A stretch of 63,530 nucleotides of DNA, the filler included. It is 6 parts of 6 records of this genome, joined end to end, with 100 filler letters (N's around TTAATTAATTAA, not from the genome) between each part and the next. Parts side by side here need not be neighbours in the genome. Positions count along the whole stretch, not along the records: positions 51,626 to 63,530 come from DRR723986_8403; 5 more parts are not named here. The stretch is one strand, 5' to 3'. Made by a program: the position numbers and the translations under genes. Under the pieces are notes generated by a model. That model saw only the letters and a program-made list of their open reading frames with translations. It did not search any database and was not told where the DNA came from. Shown here in pieces: positions 57,017 through 63,530 of the stretch (position 1 is the first letter of the stretch; each line of letters opens with the position of its first letter).

Positions 57017-57826
57017 ATGGGCGATTTCGGTATCAAGGACGCACTGTCTTCAATTACCTCCGAGGCTTTGCTGGAAGCCCTGGCGGTCATCGTTGCGGCT
57101 TCGTTGCTGATCCTGATGGTTCAGAAAGCAGTTCCGGTACTGGCTGCGAAACTATCGGGAAAACCGAGGCTGTACCTTCTCGCATCCGTTCCTCTTTTCC
57201 GGCTTCTGGTCATTGTTCTGACGATCATTGTGGTGGTGCCCATTCTGGTGGAACCCTCATTCGAGAACATGATTGCCATCTTCGGTGCCCTGGGTCTTGC
57301 CTTGGGTTTTGCGTTCAAGGACTACGCCAACAGCCTCATTGCAGGTATCGTTACGCTCTATGAAATGCCTTACCGACCGGGTGACTGGATCGAAGTGAAC
57401 GGTCGCTATGGTGAGGTGCGGAGTATCGGTACCCGGGCCGCAGAAATCGTGACGCTGGATGATACCGTGATTGTGATTCCCCACAGCCTGCTGTGGAATA
57501 CACTGCTGGCCAATGGCAATGACGGCACGGATAACCTGATGTGCGTGGCCGAGGTTTTTCTGGACCCGAACCACGATGTCGGCCGGATGCTGGGCCTGTT
57601 CCGGGATGCGATCTTTGCCTGCCCGCTCACCAAAACCTACCAGCCGGTGCTGGTCACGGTTGCCGCACGGGAAGCCGGTATGTGCTATCGGTTGAAAGCC
57701 TACCCGCTGGAGCCCAGAGAGCAGGCGCGTTTCATTTCAGACCTGACCGCAAGGGCCGCGGAGATCTGTGGTGACGAGGGTGTCCCGATGGTCTCCTACC
57801 CTTATCTGCAGGCTCAGAAAGCCTGA
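57017..57826 (+). CDS. mscS: Small-conductance mechanosensitive channel
   Basis: GLALGFAFKD..LIAG...PYRPGDWI..GEV..IG; AGGAG SD. Confidence 0.88.
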   Translation: MGDFGIKDALSSITSEALLEALAVIVAASLLILMVQKAVPVLAAKLSGKPRLYLLASVPLFRLLVIVLTIIVVVPILVEPSFENMIAIFGALGLALGFAFKDYANSLIAGIVTLYEMPYRPGDWIEVNGRYGEVRSIGTRAAEIVTLDDTVIVIPHSLLWNTLLANGNDGTDNLMCVAEVFLDPNHDVGRMLGLFRDAIFACPLTKTYQPVLVTVAAREAGMCYRLKAYPLEPREQARFISDLTARAAEICGDEGVPMVSYPYLQAQKA

Positions 57827-57841
57827 TCCGGGCAGGGCTGA

Positions 57842-58903
57842 TCAGTCACCCGCAATCGACGTTGCCCGCTGAATCAGCGCCTGGCCTTTCTCTCCGGTCA
57901 GTTCGATAAAGCGTTGCCGGGCGGGCAGGCTCGCATCGCGGAAGGCCGCCCTTTCAGCTTCCGTCAGCCGTACGACCCGGATACCGCCCTGTTCCAGTAT
58001 GGTCTCCAGCCGCTCCTTGTTCAGGTCCTCCTGGAGAGTCCAGGCTTCCTCGGATAGCTGTGCAATGGTTTCCTCCAGCCATTTCCGTTCCTGCGAGGGG
58101 AGTCCTTCGAACCAGTCCTCATTGGCCACAACAGATGCGATAAACCGTGAGGCCCTGGCCATGGTCATGACGTTCTGGACTTCATGGAACCCCATTTCCT
58201 CAATAGCAAACACCGGGTTGCTCTGGCCGTCGATGTTGCCGAGCTGGAGATCGCTGTATACCTGGGCGAAAGGCGTCTGTACGGGGTCAGCACCATAGCT
58301 TCGGAAAGCCTCTGCTGCGGTTTCCGAGGTCATGGTGCGAAATCTTAACCCCTGGAAATCGGCGGGGGTTCTCAGGGGGTTGTTGGCCGTCCAGGTCATC
58401 CAGCCTTCCGGCACGAACCCCAGCAGTTGCAGGCCAGCGTTGTGGTAGGCCGGTTCAAATGCGGAAATAAACGCGGGCGCCTCCAGAAGGCGACGGGCCG
58501 GTTCCTGTTCTTCCGGAAGCAGGAAGTGAAGATTAAAAAGGCCGGTTTCCGGAACGGTATCGGCCAGGTGGCCGGGCGAGGCAAAGGCCAGGTTGACTGA
58601 GCCGTTGCGAGTCAGTTCTGTCAGTTGGGCCGAGGTGCCCAAAGAGCCATAAGGAAAGACATCGACCTCAATCCTTCCACCAGACAGCGCTTCGACCTGT
58701 TCCCTGAACTGCTGTGCGTAAAGATGCTGAACACTGCCTTCAATCTCTTCCAGGGCAAAGCGCCAGGTGACCGGATACTCTGGTTTGCCGTCCGCCGAAC
58801 TCTGCGCGGCTGACGAGGAGCCATTGTCGGAGCAGCCGGTCAGCAGCATCACTGCCGCAGTGGCAACGAGGCTGAAGCTGAGAAGCGGGTGGCGTTTGGT
58901 CAT
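57842..58903 (-). CDS. dctP: TRAP transporter substrate-binding lipoprotein (DctP/TeaA-like)
   Basis: Lipobox LTGC; WRFALEE, DFQGLRFRTM and VYSDLQLG.IDGQSNP motifs. Confidence 0.85.
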   Translation of the reverse strand: MTKRHPLLSFSLVATAAVMLLTGCSDNGSSSAAQSSADGKPEYPVTWRFALEEIEGSVQHLYAQQFREQVEALSGGRIEVDVFPYGSLGTSAQLTELTRNGSVNLAFASPGHLADTVPETGLFNLHFLLPEEQEPARRLLEAPAFISAFEPAYHNAGLQLLGFVPEGWMTWTANNPLRTPADFQGLRFRTMTSETAAEAFRSYGADPVQTPFAQVYSDLQLGNIDGQSNPVFAIEEMGFHEVQNVMTMARASRFIASVVANEDWFEGLPSQERKWLEETIAQLSEEAWTLQEDLNKERLETILEQGGIRVVRLTEAERAAFRDASLPARQRFIELTGEKGQALIQRATSIAGD

Positions 58904-59008
58904 TGTATTCAGGGCTCCAGAATCCGGCGCATTTGAGTCTAGAGGGAAAAGGTAACACAACAGACCGAGGAGAAAAGGCCGATGTGTAAACGCCAGACGA
59001 ACAGCCAC

Positions 59009-59032
59009 AAAAAAGCCCCGCCAAAGCGGGGC
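59009..59032 (-). terminator. Rho-independent terminator
   Basis: GCCCCGC-CAAA-GCGGGGC with A6 on the + strand. Confidence 0.8.
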
Positions 59033-59058
59033 CAGACGACGAACCGGATGCAGGAAAT

Positions 59059-59448
59059 TTACATCAGAGCGTCAACGCGGTTGCGTACCTTCGGCTCACT
59101 GCTGTAAGCGGTGGCAATGGCGTTATAGGTGGGGATATCGATACCCACGTCTTCGATCACCGAGACCATTTCATCATTGGCTTCCATCTGCAGTTCCTGG
59201 GCCTTCTGCTGAGACTCGGCTGATTCGATCTTCTCGATGTATTCCTCTCGCACTTCCATAACACCGGATTGTGCCTCAATGAATTGTTTCAGCTCAGCAT
59301 CGCTGTAATTGGTGCTTTGGCTGCCTGCGGCGGCGGGGTTGCTGTAACCCGAGCCCTGTTCGGCCGGGGCCGGGTTCTGTTGTGCTATCACCGGTGCGGT
59401 TGCCAGCAGTGCCAGAGATGCGGTGATGGATACAAGCAGTTTGTTCAT
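59059..59448 (-). CDS. Secreted DUF4168-like protein
   Basis: Signal peptide; SDAELKQF...IEDVGIDIPTYNAI; AGGAG SD. Confidence 0.75.
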   Translation of the reverse strand: MNKLLVSITASLALLATAPVIAQQNPAPAEQGSGYSNPAAAGSQSTNYSDAELKQFIEAQSGVMEVREEYIEKIESAESQQKAQELQMEANDEMVSVIEDVGIDIPTYNAIATAYSSEPKVRNRVDALM

Positions 59449-59520
59449 AGCTTTACTCCTGGTTTTAATGAGGCCGGCTCGGTCGTCCAGCCACAAACTT
59501 GTGAATGTCGATGTGACAAT

Positions 59521-59536
59521 AGCGATTCCCGTGCCA
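59521..59536 (-). promoter_or_regulatory. Sigma54 (-24/-12) promoter
   Basis: Minus strand TGGCACGGGAATCGCT. Confidence 0.75.
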
Positions 59537-59612
59537 GGTTTTAATTTCTCTATAAAGGCAATAAAAACAGTGGTTTATGGATTTTCTATGGTTAAAGCTC
59601 AGTAATCTGTCT

Positions 59613-59629
59613 TGTGGCAAAATGCCACA
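59613..59629. promoter_or_regulatory. Putative enhancer (UAS) for the adjacent sigma54 activator
   Basis: Perfect palindrome TGTGGCA-AAA-TGCCACA, with related half-sites at 59630-59660. Confidence 0.6.
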
Positions 59630-59669
59630 TGTGGCAGAAAGGCTGTGACATTTCTGCAGAGTGGTGTTT

Positions 59670-61142
59670 ATGGCGTTGATGGGAAAACGGGTGGGAGCAC
59701 TGTTCCGGTCGCTGCAATTAACGTTGGTGCTCAGTATTGTAGTGCCGCTGCTGCTGTTCAGTGGCATTGCTATCTACATTGGCATGGGGGCGGTAGAGCG
59801 CGCTCTGAACGATCGCCTTCGTGAAGACCTGGAACTGGTGGCGCGAGCGGTCAGCGGGCCGGTGAGTAAGGCGCTGGCCGAAAGCGATGAACTGGTCCTG
59901 GGCGAATCCCTGAAATCCATCTTCCAGATCGGGCGCATTTCCGGGGCCTCGGTGTTTGACGCAGAGGGTGACCGGGTGGCCAGTCTCGGTGTTGCTGACT
60001 CCGATGTCACCAATAGCGCCAGCGCCGAAAAGGCAATCGCCAGTGGTGAGCTCGGGGGCGCGTTTCGTTGGGTGGATGGCGAGTCGGTGTTTTCCCAGTT
60101 CACGCCGCTGGTTGCGGAAGACGGGCGGATTCAGGGTTTGTTGCAGGTAACGCGGCAACGCAGTGATTTCCATGATCTGGTAGCCACCAGCCGTTGGTGG
60201 GCAGTGGTGATCTGGTCGATGATTGCGGCCACCATCATCCTCGTTGTCGTTCTGGGGCATTACCGCACCGTGGGGCGACATGTGAACCGTTTGCTGGAGA
60301 GCATGGCCTCTCTGCAACCGGGCGCCTGGCGGTTGGAGACTCCGGAGGCAGGGCCACAGGAGCTGCGCCAGATCCAGCAGGGCATTCGTGCTCTGGGCGA
60401 ACGAATGGCCGAGGCCGAGGCCGAAATCGAAGACAGGATTGCCCGGGAACGGGCGCTGGCAGAACAGCTGGAATACCAGGAGAAAGTGGCGATGATTGGC
60501 CGGGTCGCAGGCGGGGTAGCTCACGAACTGGGGGCGCCTCTGAACGTTATTCAGGGCCGGGCCCGCATTCTGGCCAGGGCCGGGCTGGAGCAGGAGCAGC
60601 AACGGCATCTGGATGATATCGAACATCAGGTGGACCGGATGACCATGATTATCCAGCAACTGCTGGACTGTTTCCGGCATGTGCCCGAGTCCCGGCGACC
60701 CGTAAACCTGGCAGACATTCTCGAGGACGTCGTTACCCGCGCCCGTGAAGACAGGCGCTGCCAGGCGGTTTCGCTGCAAGCCGACGCTTTTGACAGGCCG
60801 ATGCCGACACGGGCAGAGCCGCTCCGGGTTGGCCTGGCGTGTCTGAATGTGGTGAGAAATGCCTGTCAGGCTGGCCGGAAACAGGTCGCGCTCTCTGTCG
60901 GCGAGACCGGGGAGTTTTGGGTGTTCCGGGTCGAGGACGATGGCCCTGGTATACCGGCGGAGCATCACGCCAGGGTTTTCGAGCCGTTCTTCAGCACCCG
61001 CCCGGCCGGCGAAGGCACAGGGTTAGGGCTGGCAGTGGTTCAGAGTGTCATGAAAGAACATGGGGGATCCGTTGAGGTGATTGATAGCGAGTTGGGTGGT
61101 TGTGGTATGGCGCTGTATTTTCCGAAAGAGGTGGGCCAATGA
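59670..61142 (+). CDS. Sensor histidine kinase
   Basis: Two TM segments, HAMP, VAHELGAPL, NACQA, DDGPG and GTGLGL; start uncertain. Confidence 0.92.
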   Translation: MALMGKRVGALFRSLQLTLVLSIVVPLLLFSGIAIYIGMGAVERALNDRLREDLELVARAVSGPVSKALAESDELVLGESLKSIFQIGRISGASVFDAEGDRVASLGVADSDVTNSASAEKAIASGELGGAFRWVDGESVFSQFTPLVAEDGRIQGLLQVTRQRSDFHDLVATSRWWAVVIWSMIAATIILVVVLGHYRTVGRHVNRLLESMASLQPGAWRLETPEAGPQELRQIQQGIRALGERMAEAEAEIEDRIARERALAEQLEYQEKVAMIGRVAGGVAHELGAPLNVIQGRARILARAGLEQEQQRHLDDIEHQVDRMTMIIQQLLDCFRHVPESRRPVNLADILEDVVTRAREDRRCQAVSLQADAFDRPMPTRAEPLRVGLACLNVVRNACQAGRKQVALSVGETGEFWVFRVEDDGPGIPAEHHARVFEPFFSTRPAGEGTGLGLAVVQSVMKEHGGSVEVIDSELGGCGMALYFPKEVGQ

Positions 61143-62524
61143 GCAGCCGGCCTGTCACCATCTTGCTGGTAGAAGATGACGCCAGCCTTGGCCAGCTGCT
61201 GATGGAGGAGTTGGAAGTGGATGGTTACCGCGTACGCAGGGTCAGTATGGTGGCCGAGGCGCGGACTGCTCTGACAGACGAACGCCCGGGCCTGATCGTG
61301 TCGGATCTGCGCTTGCCCGATGGTGACGGTCTGGAGATTCTGTCGCTTCAGCAGGCCGAGCATCCAGGTATTCCCTTTATCGTGATTACCGCGTTTGGGA
61401 CGGTGGACCAGGCGGTCGATGCTTTGAAGGCCGGCGCTGATGATTTTCTGACCAAGCCGCTCTCAACGGATCATCTCCGGTTAAAGATCAAACGGTTGCT
61501 GGCCCAGGCAGATCTGAACCGGCAGTTGGCGGAATATCAGTCCGGGCGCGGCGGCGATGAAAACATGGGCTTGATCGGCGGCAGTGCGATGATGGATCGC
61601 CTCAGGTCAGACATTCGCCAGGTTGCCCGCAGTCAGGCCGCGGTTCTGATTAATGGCGAAAGTGGAACCGGGAAAGAACTGGTTGCGAGGGCAATCCACC
61701 AGCAAAGTGAGCGCTCAGCACGGCCGTTCCTTGCGGTGAATTGTGCCGGTATACCGCCAGACTTGATGGAAAGTGAATTCTTCGGTCACGAGGCTGGTGC
61801 TTTTACCGGTGCACGGCAGGCCCGTAGGGGGCTGTTTGCAGAGGCGAACGGTGGCACCTTGCTGCTGGACGAGATTGGTGAAATGCCATTGGCGCTGCAA
61901 GCCAAACTGCTTCGGGTGTTGCAGGAGGGCTGCATCAAACCAGTGGGGGCTGACCATGAGGAAATGGTGGATGTTCGCATTCTGGCGGCAACGCATGTGG
62001 ATTTGCTTCGGGCTGTTGAGCAGGGCCATTTCCGCGAAGACCTGTATTATCGTCTCGAAACCCTGTCGTTAACGGTGCCTCCCCTGAGGGAGCGGGATGA
62101 GGATGTTGAATTGCTGGCCATGCATTTTCTGGGTGAGGCAGCACGTCGTCACAGCCGGGGGTTCCTGAAGTTCAGTGACGTCACGTTAAGGATACTCCGC
62201 GATTATCCGTTTCCGGGCAATGTGCGTGAGCTGTCCAGTGCGATTGAGAGGGCGGTCACTTTTTGTGAAAGCGATACCATACAGCCCGAGCATTTGCCCG
62301 AACGCATCCGGAAGCGCCAGGGCGGGATTGTTCAGGCTGCCGTTGCCGCTTCGCCCGGGAAACTTTCCGAATGGCCCACCTTGGAGATGCTCCAGCAGGA
62401 TTACGTGCGCCGGGTCATGGCTGCCGTTGATAGTAATAAACGCCGGGCGGCCCAGATACTCGGCATTAATCGCAGAACACTGTATCGCTGGCTGGAGTCG
62501 GATTTGGAGCATGGGCATGACTGA
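61139..62524 (+). CDS. NtrC-family sigma54-dependent response regulator
   Basis: REC domain, GESGTGKE, GAFTGA, FPGNVREL and Fis-type HTH. Confidence 0.95.
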   Translation: MSSRPVTILLVEDDASLGQLLMEELEVDGYRVRRVSMVAEARTALTDERPGLIVSDLRLPDGDGLEILSLQQAEHPGIPFIVITAFGTVDQAVDALKAGADDFLTKPLSTDHLRLKIKRLLAQADLNRQLAEYQSGRGGDENMGLIGGSAMMDRLRSDIRQVARSQAAVLINGESGTGKELVARAIHQQSERSARPFLAVNCAGIPPDLMESEFFGHEAGAFTGARQARRGLFAEANGGTLLLDEIGEMPLALQAKLLRVLQEGCIKPVGADHEEMVDVRILAATHVDLLRAVEQGHFREDLYYRLETLSLTVPPLRERDEDVELLAMHFLGEAARRHSRGFLKFSDVTLRILRDYPFPGNVRELSSAIERAVTFCESDTIQPEHLPERIRKRQGGIVQAAVAASPGKLSEWPTLEMLQQDYVRRVMAAVDSNKRRAAQILGINRRTLYRWLESDLEHGHD

Positions 62525-63422
62525 TCAGAAACAGGCCATGATGTACGGCCTTGCCACGGTGCTACTGTGGTCGACCGTTGCTACCGCCTTCAAATTGTCA
62601 CTGGCGGATCTTGCGCCGGTTCAGATGCTGCTGGTGGCCTGTACCGCATCCATCGTCGTGATGGCGGCTATCCTCATGCTACAGGGGCGCTGGGGACTGG
62701 TGTTCCGTTTGCGGCGTGGCCAATACCTGCAGTCCATGCTGATGGGGCTGATCAATCCCTGTCTGTATTACTTTCTGCTGTTTGGCGCGTTCGACCGTCT
62801 GCCCGCCCAGGAGGCCCAGCCTCTGAACTACACCTGGGCACTGGTGCTGGCCTATCTGTCGGTGCCGTTTCTGGGGCAGAAACTGCGCAGGATCGATATT
62901 CTGGCGGGGTTGGTGTGTTACGCCGGAGTGGTAGTGATCGCCACCCGCGGTGCGGTAACCTCGCTCTCATTCTCGGACCCGCTCGGTGTCTCGCTGGCGT
63001 TGGGCAGCACGCTGGTTTGGGCGTCTTACTGGATTATTGCCACCCGGGATACCCGGGACCCGGTGGTTGGCCTGTTTCTGAATTTTCTATTTGGACTGCC
63101 GGTCATTGTGCTGGTGTGCTGGCAGACGGCGGGGTTGGTCATGCCGGTCGGGAGTTCGATGGCCGCTGCGGTTTACGTCGGCGTTTTTGAAATGGGCATA
63201 GCCTTTGTGCTGTGGTCCCAGGCCATGAAAAAAGCAGAAAACACCTCGAAAGTGAGCAATCTGATTTTTATCTCGCCTTTTCTGTCCCTGGTGTTTATCT
63301 ACTTCATTCTGGGCGAAGTTATTCTCACCTCGACCTACGTCGGGCTGGTGCTGATCATTGCGGGATTATGGCTGCAGCAAAAGAAAGTCCGTGACCGGGA
63401 GCAGGCGTTGAACCATGGCTGA
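62517..63422 (+). CDS. DMT/EamA family transporter
   Basis: [19 protein letters not shown] and multiple TM segments. Confidence 0.88.
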   Translation: MTDQKQAMMYGLATVLLWSTVATAFKLSLADLAPVQMLLVACTASIVVMAAILMLQGRWGLVFRLRRGQYLQSMLMGLINPCLYYFLLFGAFDRLPAQEAQPLNYTWALVLAYLSVPFLGQKLRRIDILAGLVCYAGVVVIATRGAVTSLSFSDPLGVSLALGSTLVWASYWIIATRDTRDPVVGLFLNFLFGLPVIVLVCWQTAGLVMPVGSSMAAAVYVGVFEMGIAFVLWSQAMKKAENTSKVSNLIFISPFLSLVFIYFILGEVILTSTYVGLVLIIAGLWLQQKKVRDREQALNHG

Positions 63423-63530
63423 GAACTGGTATCTGTACCTTGTTCGCACCGCATCGGGTAGCCTCTACACCGGAATTGCCACAGATGTGGAGCGGCGGTT
63501 TGCCGAGCATCAGGCGGGGGCACCTAAAGG
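63415..63530 (+). CDS. GIY-YIG nuclease (YhbQ-like), N-terminal fragment
   Basis: [35 protein letters not shown]. Confidence 0.85.
   Translation, partial: MAENWYLYLVRTASGSLYTGIATDVERRFAEHQAGAPK

Noticed and set aside
1-63530. rRNA, tRNA, CRISPR arrays and prophage genes
   Set aside because: None recognised by eye; a covariance-model scan would be needed to exclude small RNAs.

Overview
The window is not one locus. It is six unrelated contigs joined by artificial N44-TTAATTAATTAA-N44 spacers (8599-8698, 25833-25932, 39089-39188, 45300-45399, 51526-51625). Contigs 1, 2, 4 and 5 look like Rhodobacteraceae (roseobacter group) and contigs 3 and 6 look like a Marinobacter-type gammaproteobacterium; this is inferred from gene content and protein sequence, not from a search. 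Contig 1: argD, moaDE, pgsA, coxG, an HpsN-like dehydrogenase, a DUF2946-PCuAC copper module and rpmB. Contig 2: a polysaccharide-linked hybrid PKS/NRPS cluster, plus sspB, pmtA, an SDR, an orphan zinc-ribbon gene and fumC. Contig 3: housekeeping and catabolic genes including astA-DUF1338, an AbiTii-like gene and two unannotated small ORFs. Contig 4: radC, a PstS-OmpA fusion, a decayed IS5 carrying an in-frame palindromic insert, and LysR-DoxX-dioxygenase. Contig 5: dnaK, flgN-flgJ-fliK-flgD and ubiB. Contig 6: an imelysin/di-heme iron operon, rlmJ, mscS and a sigma54 two-component module. The best candidates for something undescribed are (1) a 14-codon Arg-rich leader peptide (MAHIPSTRRRRTRA) upstream of argD, suggesting arginine-sensing ribosome-mediated attenuation, and (2) the PKS/NRPS-glycosyltransferase-Wzz cluster, whose adenylation domain is split by a luciferase-like monooxygenase and whose KR appears split by a DH. 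Family assignments come from motif recognition only.
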